In this document: in pieces, positions 26,279-34,420 of the stretch | Layout: the number at the start of each line of letters is the position of its first letter | Position numbering within the stretch: the first letter of the stretch is position 1 | Sequence record: PQ898399.1 | Direction: 5' to 3' (one strand) | Length of the DNA stretch: 64,000 nt | Program-made: the position numbers and the translations under genes | Notes under the pieces: generated by a model | Database searches by the model: none | What the model saw: only the letters and a program-made list of their open reading frames with translations | What the model was told of the DNA's origin: nothing

Positions 26279-26304
26279 GGGACTCCTTCGGGAGTCCCAT
26301 TTTT
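26279..26304 (+). terminator. Rho-independent terminator
   Basis: GGGACTCC-TTCG-GGAGTCCC-ATTTTT. Confidence 0.88.
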
Positions 26305-26317
26305 ATGAGGTGAACAG

Positions 26318-26602
26318 ATGATTCTTGATGATGGAACTTTGGTAAATCTTGAAAACGTAGCAGAATGTATCAAACAGAACGGAGAACGACATCTAACTGA
26401 GCATGGAGGTTCACCAGATGACCCCTATCACATTAAATTCAAACAGGCAATAGATTATATTGTTAACTGTATTGAAACTCGCCAGACCATTCCTATGAAC
26501 CTTCGGACGTTCGCGTTGAAGGTGGTTTACAATCGCCGAGAAAAGTATACAATAAAACAAATGGCGAAAATCCTTAACTCAATAGGAACTATCAAATGTT
26601 AA
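26318..26602 (+). CDS. Hypothetical protein, 94 aa
   Basis: SD GAGGTG. Confidence 0.7.
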   Translation: MILDDGTLVNLENVAECIKQNGERHLTEHGGSPDDPYHIKFKQAIDYIVNCIETRQTIPMNLRTFALKVVYNRREKYTIKQMAKILNSIGTIKC

Positions 26603-26802
26603 CTTTAAAACCTTCTGCTGAACTGTTCGACGATGCTGTCTACAAAGAGTATCGTATCATTCAACGCTTCTTTGACATTGGAGAAGCTGAAGAATTCAAA
26701 GAGCGCTTTAAAGAAATTCGTAATAAAATTTTTATCACCGATACGGCTACTGCGGAAGAACTTCTGGATGTAGCTAACCTAATAAAACGACACTGTGACT
26801 GA
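26596..26802 (+). CDS. rIIA.1: rIIA.1 protein
   Basis: ELFDDAVYKEYRIIQRFFDIGEAEEFKERFKEIR matches T4 rIIA.1. Confidence 0.9.
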   Translation: MLTLKPSAELFDDAVYKEYRIIQRFFDIGEAEEFKERFKEIRNKIFITDTATAEELLDVANLIKRHCD

Positions 26803-26807
26803 GAGAT

Positions 26808-29021
26808 ATGAAATTAATTGCTGATAATGAAGAAGTTTTAGGTTCTGCTGGTAAGAAAACTAAATTCACCATTCAGGCCTCTCCAAAGGCCTTTATGATT
26901 TTGTCTGATAAGCTCTATAAGAATAAAATCCGTGCTGTTGTTCGTGAGCTTACAACTAACTGGCTTGATGCTCACATTCTGAATGGAAAGCAAGACGTTC
27001 CATGTGAAATCAAGTGTCCGAATAAGTTAGACCCACGATTCATTATTCGTGACTTTGGTCCAGGTATGAGTGATTTCCAGATTCGTGGTAATGACGAAGA
27101 ACCTGGTCTGTACAATAGCTACTTTGCTTCGACAAAAGCTGAAAGTAACGATTTCATCGGTGCTCTGGGTCTTGGTTCAAAATCTCCATTCAGCTACACA
27201 AAGTCATTCACTATCGTTTCTTATCACGAGGGTGAAGCTCGCGGTTACATGGCTGTGATGAACAATGGTGAACCTGATATTCGTCCTCTGTTTGTTGAGC
27301 CAATGAAAGAAGGTGAGCAGACTGGTATTGAAATTACGGTTCCTGTTCGTCTTGAAGATGTAGAAAAATTTGCGCATGAAATTGCTTATGTAATGCGTCC
27401 TATGCCAGTTAAGCCAATCATCACTGGCGCAAGCATTAACATTGAATCTTTCCCACAAGATGTAGAGTGGTTCCATTCTCCTAATGGATTTGGAAAAGAT
27501 AGTCGTGGGCTGTATGCGGTTTACGGTAAGATTGTTTATCCGATTGACCAATTCCAAGGCCTTGAATGTTCTTGGCTTCTGAATCGTTATGGATGTGTTT
27601 ACGTCAATTTCCCTCTCGGCGAATTGGATATCACTCCATCTCGTGAAGAACTTTCACTTGACGATGTCACAATTGAGAACATCAAGAAACGTGTTAACAG
27701 CTTAGAAAAAGCTACTCTTGAAGCTGATATTGCGCATCTTCAGTCTATTGAGAATAAGCGTGAGTTAGTTCGTCAGCTGTCTCAATTTGATTCAAACCAG
27801 CGCGCTATTCTGAATCGTCAGAACATCATGTTTGGTGATAAGACTTATGCTGAATGGTGTAACGTTTATAATACTGACAATATTCAAAAGAAAATCGAAG
27901 ATGCAATGATTTATACTTACCGTGTAAACATTGATTCTGAGCGCTGGCGTTTAACATCTTCGTGGTCCACAAGAAAGCGTATGTCGGTGACAAGTCTGCT
28001 GAATGTTCAGAATGATAAAGTGCATATCATGATTGATGATAAGCCTTCACGTCGCGCAGCAATGTTCCGCGGAATGTATCTGAAAGACTTTCATCGTTAT
28101 GCTAACTTCATTATGCTTAATCCAGAAGAACCTAAGCATATGAAGATTAAAGATGAAATCGTTAAACTGTTTGACCAAGACGAAATCATTATTCTGAAGT
28201 CTTCTGAGATGGAAGAATACCGCAAGTTTGAGAAAGAGCATTACTCAAACTCATCTAAAGGTGATGGTGGACCACGTCCAAAATCTCCGAACGGTCAATT
28301 GCATAAGTTAGATGCTAAAGGTGGTTGGTGGACTTCTGAAGACCTCTTCATGAATAAGGACGATATTGCGGAACTTGAAGGTTATGCAATTTTCCGTTCA
28401 CGCGATGAGATTCGTACGTTCCCTGAAGAGCTGTACTGGTCTGGAATTGATATTGAAACTGTCAGAACTTTGGCTAAAGAACTAGGTGTAACTGAGTTCT
28501 ACGTTATTCGTCCGAACTCGGCTAAAGCTGCTAAGTTAAATGATAATCTTGAATCGTTGGACCGTTTCATTGTTGATGAATTCATCAAGATTATTGATGA
28601 CCTGGATGCTGACGAATATCTGCCATCAACATTCTTTAACCGCCGTGTTGTAAGTAACATCATCAATACTCCTGAGTTAAAGTGGCTGCTGAAGTTCATC
28701 ACTGGCAAAGATAACGGTGAGCGAGTATCTCGTATCAATGAAATCGGACGCAATCTGAAGAACACTTATATCACGGCAAGTCCTGATGGTTCTTCACAGA
28801 TTCGTGAAGATTTAGCTTTATGTGTTCGGATTTATAATAAACTCACGGATGCTGCTTCAGCTGAAGTAGATGCTGCATTCAAAAAGTTTGAGAAAGAATA
28901 TCCTGTCATCGAGCATATGCTAAACGAATGGCGTGTAGCTAATTATGCCGAAGATATTTCCCGTATTATGAGAGCGCTGGAAAGCGCTCCTTCCTTAAAA
29001 GGTGAAAGTGAAGATGAGTAA
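26808..29021 (+). CDS. rIIA: rIIA protein
   Basis: LYKNKIRAVVRELTTNWLDAH HATPase-like domain; GALGLGSKSPFSY. Confidence 0.96.
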   Translation: MKLIADNEEVLGSAGKKTKFTIQASPKAFMILSDKLYKNKIRAVVRELTTNWLDAHILNGKQDVPCEIKCPNKLDPRFIIRDFGPGMSDFQIRGNDEEPGLYNSYFASTKAESNDFIGALGLGSKSPFSYTKSFTIVSYHEGEARGYMAVMNNGEPDIRPLFVEPMKEGEQTGIEITVPVRLEDVEKFAHEIAYVMRPMPVKPIITGASINIESFPQDVEWFHSPNGFGKDSRGLYAVYGKIVYPIDQFQGLECSWLLNRYGCVYVNFPLGELDITPSREELSLDDVTIENIKKRVNSLEKATLEADIAHLQSIENKRELVRQLSQFDSNQRAILNRQNIMFGDKTYAEWCNVYNTDNIQKKIEDAMIYTYRVNIDSERWRLTSSWSTRKRMSVTSLLNVQNDKVHIMIDDKPSRRAAMFRGMYLKDFHRYANFIMLNPEEPKHMKIKDEIVKLFDQDEIIILKSSEMEEYRKFEKEHYSNSSKGDGGPRPKSPNGQLHKLDAKGGWWTSEDLFMNKDDIAELEGYAIFRSRDEIRTFPEELYWSGIDIETVRTLAKELGVTEFYVIRPNSAKAAKLNDNLESLDRFIVDEFIKIIDDLDADEYLPSTFFNRRVVSNIINTPELKWLLKFITGKDNGERVSRINEIGRNLKNTYITASPDGSSQIREDLALCVRIYNKLTDAASAEVDAAFKKFEKEYPVIEHMLNEWRVANYAEDISRIMRALESAPSLKGESEDE

Positions 29022-29994
29022 GAAAGTCTCTGTTGTTAAAATGTTTGATGCAGCGCAAAAGCGTGAAATTTATGATGCTTATATGGGTGGTTACACTCAG
29101 GAAGAAGTCGCAAAATTCTTCAGCTGTTCTGTTGACACAGTGCGTCGAGTAATCAAAGAAATTAAAGCTGCTAGTTCAGTTGGTATTGAAGCTGTTGTTG
29201 GTCATACTGAAGCTGCAAAAATTGCAGAAACTAATGCAATCAGTCAAGCTGCAACTAATCAATTCAGACCAGAAGATGTTGTATGGGCCGGTTCTTCTAA
29301 GTTCCTGTCTATCACTTATGGTCGTGATACATATGCAGCAGATAAAGACCATCCGAACTTCAAACAAGCTCTTCAGCTGTGTGTTGATGGCGAATTTGAA
29401 GAAGCAATTAATCTGATTAACATTGAGAAGGCAATTACTTCTTATGTTGACGGTAACATTCGCATTGAAAATGGTCAGCTGTTCTACCAGGACATTGAAA
29501 TCAAATCTGGTCTGGTTGACCGCATCATCAATGATATGCAGAATGGTGAAGATTTTGAATTTTATCTGCCGTTCCTGGAAAATCTGCTGGAAAACCCAAG
29601 CAAAACTGCAGTGACTCGTCTGTTTGACTTCCTCCAAGCCAACGACATCGAAATCACTGAAGATGGTCATTTCCTGGCATGGAAAGTTATTCGCAACGAT
29701 TACACTGACTGCTATACCGGTCGTTTTGATAACTCTGTAGGTCGAGTAGTTAAAATGCCTCGCACACACGTTGTTGAAGATGAAAATCTCACCTGTGAAG
29801 CTGGTCTGCATGTTTGCGCTCGTAGTTACATCAAGCACTTCCGCGGTGGAAATGACCGTCTGGTGGTTGTTAAAGTACATCCGCGTGACGTAGTATCTAT
29901 CCCGGTAGATTATAACAACGCTAAAATGCGTACTTGTCAGTACAAAGTAATCCGTGAAGCGGAATACAACCAAGAAACTGATTCTTATATCTAA
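29014..29994 (+). CDS. rIIB: rIIB protein
   Basis: N-terminal HTH; LENLLENPS, GHFLAWKVIRNDY, CEAGLHVC, VVSIPVDYNNAKMRTCQY. Confidence 0.96.
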   Translation: MSKKVSVVKMFDAAQKREIYDAYMGGYTQEEVAKFFSCSVDTVRRVIKEIKAASSVGIEAVVGHTEAAKIAETNAISQAATNQFRPEDVVWAGSSKFLSITYGRDTYAADKDHPNFKQALQLCVDGEFEEAINLINIEKAITSYVDGNIRIENGQLFYQDIEIKSGLVDRIINDMQNGEDFEFYLPFLENLLENPSKTAVTRLFDFLQANDIEITEDGHFLAWKVIRNDYTDCYTGRFDNSVGRVVKMPRTHVVEDENLTCEAGLHVCARSYIKHFRGGNDRLVVVKVHPRDVVSIPVDYNNAKMRTCQYKVIREAEYNQETDSYI

Positions 29995-29996
29995 TG

Positions 29997-30016
29997 AAAG
30001 GGCCTTCGGGCCCTTT
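29997..30016 (+). terminator. UUCG hairpin terminator after rIIB
   Basis: AAAGGGCC-TTCG-GGCCCTTT. Confidence 0.88.
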
Positions 30017-30034
30017 ATTTTTGAGGAAGATGTC

Positions 30035-30364
30035 ATGATTAATCCAATGAATATTGGCGATAAAAGCATTAAAAATAGTTACTTACATGGTAATCATTAT
30101 GTAGGTGTTGTTTATTGTAAAGACCTATTCGCAGGAGATAATAAAGCATCGGGTTGTCTGTATTGTGATGATGTAGTAATCATGCCAGAAGATGAGTTGA
30201 AAGAGCTTGATTTAAGCAAACTCAATCATAATGACAGAATCTATTATGGCACTTTACACGTGACAGATGCTATTTTCAAAAATGAAGAAGGTGAATATGA
30301 AAAAATCGAATCCAGGGTTGATGAGATTGAAAGCCCTGAAGACTTTTACCCGGTCGTTCAATAG
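30035..30364 (+). CDS. Hypothetical protein upstream of denB
   Basis: SD GAGGA; overlaps the denB start by 68 bp. Confidence 0.6.
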   Translation: MINPMNIGDKSIKNSYLHGNHYVGVVYCKDLFAGDNKASGCLYCDDVVIMPEDELKELDLSKLNHNDRIYYGTLHVTDAIFKNEEGEYEKIESRVDEIESPEDFYPVVQ

Positions 30365-30854
30365 TTTAACTTCAAGCGACAGAGTAAAAATCAAGGATAC
30401 TGCAGCTTATTCTATGCGTCAAGACCCCGACCAAGATAAAGCTGCCGTAAACAAGCGGTGCGCCATCGCTCAACTCGCTGAACGAACTGTTGCCGATTGG
30501 ATGGACGGATATGTTGCGGGCGGTCAAGAAAATCATGATGACCCTTACACTTATGCCTGGGACGTTCTTGCTCATCCTCGATTTTGTGGGCTTCGGATTG
30601 AGGTGAAGACTCATCAATCAGATTCTAAGTGGATTTCAGTCACTACTGGCTATTCAGGAGACTATCCAGGTGGTTCAGGGATAAACCTAGGACCCTTCTT
30701 GACGCATAAAGTCGCGGACTGTATTATCATATTAGATGTGGTAGAAAGTTCGTCTGGTGTTTACCAGTTTACCCTAAAGTTCGCCGGAGACCACGAAGAC
30801 CTCAAATCAGTTGTTCGTAAGAGCAACTACCAAGGCTGGTATCTAAATCTTTAA
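30297..30854 (+). CDS. denB: Endonuclease IV DenB
   Basis: DDPYTYAWDVLAHPRFCGLRIEVKTHQSDSKWISVTTG matches T4 DenB. Confidence 0.93.
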   Translation: MKKSNPGLMRLKALKTFTRSFNSLTSSDRVKIKDTAAYSMRQDPDQDKAAVNKRCAIAQLAERTVADWMDGYVAGGQENHDDPYTYAWDVLAHPRFCGLRIEVKTHQSDSKWISVTTGYSGDYPGGSGINLGPFLTHKVADCIIILDVVESSSGVYQFTLKFAGDHEDLKSVVRKSNYQGWYLNL

Positions 30855-30861
30855 CTCAACC

Positions 30862-30891
30862 GTTTACATTCTCCGTTAGTTATGTTATGAT
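30862..30891 (+). promoter_or_regulatory. T4-type early promoter with SD-masking inverted repeat
   Basis: GTTTACA-17 bp-TATGAT; perfect 13-bp inverted repeat 30869-30881 / 30904-30916. Confidence 0.85.
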
Positions 30892-30920
30892 AGTCTCGTA
30901 ATCAACTAACGGAGAAACAA

Positions 30921-31040
30921 ATGAACATCATCAAAAAGATTCTCAAAGCTATCTGGACTTTAACTCTTCTGATGGTGCTCTTTGGAGCCTTTGCATTCGC
31001 TTTAGCACATGATGTCGTAATGGCATGGATTAACTTCTGA
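30921..31040 (+). CDS. 39-aa membrane peptide (ndd.x-type; not in ORF track)
   Basis: MNIIKKILKAIWTLTLLMVLFGAFAFALAHDVVMAWINF; SD GGAG. Confidence 0.7.
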   Translation: MNIIKKILKAIWTLTLLMVLFGAFAFALAHDVVMAWINF

Positions 31041-31050
31041 GGAAAATATT

Positions 31051-31257
31051 ATGGGTCGCAAAATTTATAGCTCGCGTATGGATAAAATGCAAAAGATTTT
31101 CTGGATTTTCTTTTCTATCGTAGCTATCATGATTTTTGTTGGAATTGGTTTTAGCATCTGGGCTACTGTTGAAATCGTTCATGTCATTCAAACTGAAGGT
31201 TTGAAAGGTGTTGCAGAAGTTTTGATGAATGGTGTTCAGCAAGGGACTGAATTATGA
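31051..31257 (+). CDS. Small membrane protein (ndd.x-type)
   Basis: Single long hydrophobic segment; SD GAGGA. Confidence 0.7.
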   Translation: MGRKIYSSRMDKMQKIFWIFFSIVAIMIFVGIGFSIWATVEIVHVIQTEGLKGVAEVLMNGVQQGTEL

Positions 31258-31379
31258 AAATCTTAAAATTGTGGTACACGGGTATCATTTTTACTACAGC
31301 GGTTTACGTTGGGTTCAATTTGGCATATTGGCTTGGTTTAAGTAGTTATGAATTAGTGTTTGAAATTGTTAAGCACTAA
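31254..31379 (+). CDS. 41-aa membrane peptide (not in ORF track)
   Basis: MKILKLWYTGIIFTTAVYVGFNLAYWLGLSSYELVFEIVKH; ATGA-type overlap with the previous stop. Confidence 0.6.
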   Translation: MKILKLWYTGIIFTTAVYVGFNLAYWLGLSSYELVFEIVKH

Positions 31380-31434
31380 TTCAGGGCCTTCGGGCCCATT
31401 GAGGATAAACTTTTAATTGATTGAGGAAAATGAT

Positions 31435-31881
31435 ATGCGTGATTACATGACTCGTGGTGACCTTGAAGCTGTTGGTGCAACTATTGTGTGTACTGTTAAA
31501 AATGGTGAAACTGTAGGATATGTCGACCCATCAATCCTTGCTGAACCAGGTTTCTACTTCATGGTTAAAGGTGCTTCAGCTTGGCGCGCAGTAGCGGCAC
31601 GATTCTACGTTGGTCGTCAACGTTCAAAATCTGGCTTTATGAATGTTCTGTCGCAGATTCGTCAAGGACGTTCTCAGCTTGGTCGTACTATGCGCTCAAA
31701 TAACGTCATTTACGATGTGTACTTCATCCCGGCTGATAAAATGAAGCCTTTGACTACTGGTTTTGGTAAAGGTCAATTGGCGCTGGCATTCACACGTAAA
31801 CATAACGATTCTTATCAGAACCTGGAAGAAATGAATCGCATGTTGAATGATAACTTCAAATTTATTCTTCAGGCATATTAA
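31435..31881 (+). CDS. ndd: Nucleoid disruption protein Ndd
   Basis: [61 protein letters not shown]. Confidence 0.95.
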   Translation: MRDYMTRGDLEAVGATIVCTVKNGETVGYVDPSILAEPGFYFMVKGASAWRAVAARFYVGRQRSKSGFMNVLSQIRQGRSQLGRTMRSNNVIYDVYFIPADKMKPLTTGFGKGQLALAFTRKHNDSYQNLEEMNRMLNDNFKFILQAY

Positions 31882-31882
31882 T

Positions 31883-32065
31883 ATGAGTCCGTTCAAACAG
31901 ATTTGGGCTTTGGTGTTCTTGCTCATGGCTCCGCTTTTCATCGCTTCTGGTCTGTTTATTTGGGAGGGGTTAACCCCTCCGCCAAGAGTCATTGGAAGCA
32001 TGTGCTTTGGTGTAGCTGCATTAGCTGTAGAACGTTTGTTCTATTACACAGGCTTAATAAAATGA
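31883..32065 (+). CDS. Small two-TM membrane protein (ac/52.1 region)
   Basis: Two hydrophobic segments; between ndd and 52. Confidence 0.65.
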   Translation: MSPFKQIWALVFLLMAPLFIASGLFIWEGLTPPPRVIGSMCFGVAALAVERLFYYTGLIK

Positions 32066-32196
32066 AACTCTCAATAGGCGTTATTGGTGTGTCAATATTA
32101 CTCTCCGGCGCTTTAGCCGGAGCAGTTTATGTGATGGGCGAAATAGTGCTTTTTCTTGCTCGTGTTATGATGAACATCGGTAATTTAATCTGGTAG
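32062..32196 (+). CDS. Small membrane protein (52.1-like)
   Basis: MKLSIGVIGVSILLSGALAGAVYVMGEIVLFLARVMMNIGNLIW; directly before gene 52. Confidence 0.6.
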   Translation: MKLSIGVIGVSILLSGALAGAVYVMGEIVLFLARVMMNIGNLIW

Positions 32197-32202
32197 GGTA
32201 AT

Positions 32203-33582
32203 ATGACAACTATTTTTGACATGATGTCTAAACAACTCGATGACTCTGTTGGTCAACTTAATGTAAGAAACCTTCAAAGCATCATTGACAATGAAGCCAA
32301 AGAATTTGCAATCTACACAGTAGAAAACCGTGCAATTCCTAACTTAATTGATGGCTTCAAGCCAGTTCAACGATTTGTTATTGCTCGTGCGCTAGATTTG
32401 TCTCGTGGTAATAAAGAAAAATTCCATAAATTGGCTTCTGTGGCAGGTGGTGTTGCTGACCTCGGTTATCACCATGGCGAAGGCTCGGCGCAAGATGCTG
32501 GAGCGCTGATGGCTAACACTTGGAACAACAACTATCCTCTTTTGGATGGTCAAGGCAACTTCGGTTCACGATTGGTACAAAAAGCAGCAGCATCTCGTTA
32601 TATCTTCTGTCGTATTTCTGACAATTTCCGTAAGGTCTATAAAGACACTGAAATTGCTCCAGAACATAAAGATAAAGAGCACGTTCCGCCTGCATTCTAT
32701 CTTCCAATTATTCCAACTGTCCTTCTGAACGGTGTGCAGGGAATTGCAACTGGTTATGCTACTAAGATTCTTCCACATAATTTTGAATCAGTAGTTGAAT
32801 GTACTAAATTAGCTCTTCAAGGAAAACTGGATAAAGAACCAGAAGTTCAAATTCCACAATTCCGTGGAGAAGTAGTGCGTCTCGAAGATGGCTCAATTGA
32901 ATGCCGTGGTCTTTACAAATTCACTTCAGCATCTCAAATGTACATCAGTGAGATTCCAGCTAAGTTTGACCGCGAAACTTATGTTGAAAAAGTACTGGAG
33001 CCAATGGTAGATAAGAACTTCATCTCTTATGTAGATGACTGTTCAAAGACCGGCTTTGGCTTTAAAGTGAAGTTCAAGAAAGATTATATGCTTGGCCAAG
33101 ACGATGAGCAGCGTCATGAGAAAATCATGCGTGACTTCAAATTGGTTGAGAAGATGTCTCAATTCATCGTGGTCATTGATGAAAACGGAAAGCTAAACGA
33201 TAAGTTCCAAAGTTCTTCTGAACTTATCAAGCACTTTGTGGAAGTTCGTAAGACTTATATTGTCAAACGAATTGAACACAAAGTCAAAGAATGCGATGAA
33301 GCATTCAAATTGGCTTTGGCTAAAGCGATGTTCATCAAAGAAGTTATTGAAGGTAGTATTGTCATTCAAGGCAAAACTCGTAAACAACTGACTTCTGAAC
33401 TTGAATCTCGTCCAACTTATGCACCATTTGTTGACAAGTTAGTGTCAATGAACATCTATCACATCACAAGTGACGAAGCAAAGAAACTTGCTCAACAAGC
33501 TAAAGACCTGAAAGCTGAGCTAAAGTACTGGCAAGAAACTACTCCAGAAATTGAGTATATGAAGGACCTGGAGGCTCTCTAA
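32203..33582 (+). CDS. 52: Type II topoisomerase medium subunit gp52
   Basis: RAIPNLIDGFKPVQR, YHHGEGS, GQGNFGSR and AASRY active-site Tyr. Confidence 0.97.
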   Translation: MTTIFDMMSKQLDDSVGQLNVRNLQSIIDNEAKEFAIYTVENRAIPNLIDGFKPVQRFVIARALDLSRGNKEKFHKLASVAGGVADLGYHHGEGSAQDAGALMANTWNNNYPLLDGQGNFGSRLVQKAAASRYIFCRISDNFRKVYKDTEIAPEHKDKEHVPPAFYLPIIPTVLLNGVQGIATGYATKILPHNFESVVECTKLALQGKLDKEPEVQIPQFRGEVVRLEDGSIECRGLYKFTSASQMYISEIPAKFDRETYVEKVLEPMVDKNFISYVDDCSKTGFGFKVKFKKDYMLGQDDEQRHEKIMRDFKLVEKMSQFIVVIDENGKLNDKFQSSSELIKHFVEVRKTYIVKRIEHKVKECDEAFKLALAKAMFIKEVIEGSIVIQGKTRKQLTSELESRPTYAPFVDKLVSMNIYHITSDEAKKLAQQAKDLKAELKYWQETTPEIEYMKDLEAL

Positions 33583-33706
33583 GAGCTTCTGTATCACTCT
33601 AAACGGCTCTAGTTAATTCTAGAGCCGAGTCCATATAATTAATCATCCTTTCTACGCACAATCCCTCAACCGTTCTGGTTAACTTTAAAAATTCTTTAAC
33701 TCAACC

Positions 33707-33736
33707 GTTTACATCACCGTTTGCTTATGGTATTAT
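33707..33736 (+). promoter_or_regulatory. T4-type early promoter
   Basis: GTTTACA-17 bp-TATTAT. Confidence 0.85.
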
Positions 33737-33767
33737 AGCACTATCAAAACCAAACGGAGTAAACAAA

Positions 33768-34031
33768 ATGATTTCAATTATCGTTGCTGCCTTAACAAAT
33801 GCTGGTATTATCGCGGAAACTTCTGATTTCGCTTATGTTAAATTTAACAGAATGTCAATTGACAAGAATACTCAAGCACGTTATTGGGCTATGGTTTATG
33901 ACCATAATGAAAGTCAATACATTTTAACTGAAGTTCTGATTGATTTAGAAACTTTAGAGGCAGATTTCGCAGGATGTCCTGAACTTGAAGGCGAATTTGA
34001 AGAAGTCTTAGAAGCTTATGTTGCAAAATGA
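33768..34031 (+). CDS. Small acidic protein, 87 aa
   Basis: SD GGAG behind an early promoter; 16 D/E vs 5 K/R. Confidence 0.8.
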   Translation: MISIIVAALTNAGIIAETSDFAYVKFNRMSIDKNTQARYWAMVYDHNESQYILTEVLIDLETLEADFAGCPELEGEFEEVLEAYVAK

Positions 34032-34038
34032 GGAAATC

Positions 34039-34311
34039 ATGGAAACTTTAATCAATAACTTAAATGCTTTATTGGCTAACTCAGGTGTTGACCTTGATGA
34101 TACAATGCATGCTGCCCGCCTGCACTCATCAAACACTGATAGCAATAGCTATCTGACAATCTGGTATAACAGCGAAAGTGAGAACTACGTGCTGGTATGG
34201 GTGTACGTCAACAACTATGACATGGTAGCAGTGCTTGATGCAGAAGTTGAAGATGTTGCTGAAACTCTGAACGAAGCGAAGAAGCTCTTCGCAGACTTCT
34301 TCCGAGGCTAA
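34039..34311 (+). CDS. Small acidic protein, 90 aa
   Basis: SD GAGGA; 15 D/E vs 4 K/R. Confidence 0.8.
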   Translation: METLINNLNALLANSGVDLDDTMHAARLHSSNTDSNSYLTIWYNSESENYVLVWVYVNNYDMVAVLDAEVEDVAETLNEAKKLFADFFRG

Positions 34312-34320
34312 GCTGTTTGA

Positions 34321-34344
34321 TAGCATCTTTTTCGGAAGGTGCTA
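34321..34344 (+). terminator. UUCG hairpin after the acidic gene pair
   Basis: TAGCATCTTT-TTCG-GAAGGTGCTA (two G-U pairs). Confidence 0.6.
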
Positions 34345-34352
34345 AACTAACC

Positions 34353-34382
34353 GTTTACATCGGCTTAAAAGTTTGATACTAT
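34353..34382 (+). promoter_or_regulatory. motA early promoter
   Basis: GTTTACA-17 bp-TACTAT. Confidence 0.85.
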
Positions 34383-34420
34383 TATCTCATCAAAACAAAT
34401 ACAGAACCTGGAGAAACAAA

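Noticed and set aside
29176-30069. 297-aa ORF on the minus strand
   Set aside because: Almost entirely antisense to rIIB, with no SD or promoter and no recognisable motifs; a typical codon-bias shadow ORF
34039-34311. Calling this ORF an AcrIIA4 homologue
   Set aside because: The resemblance is limited to two short words (TDSNS, SESEN) and acidity; retained only as a DNA-mimic candidate
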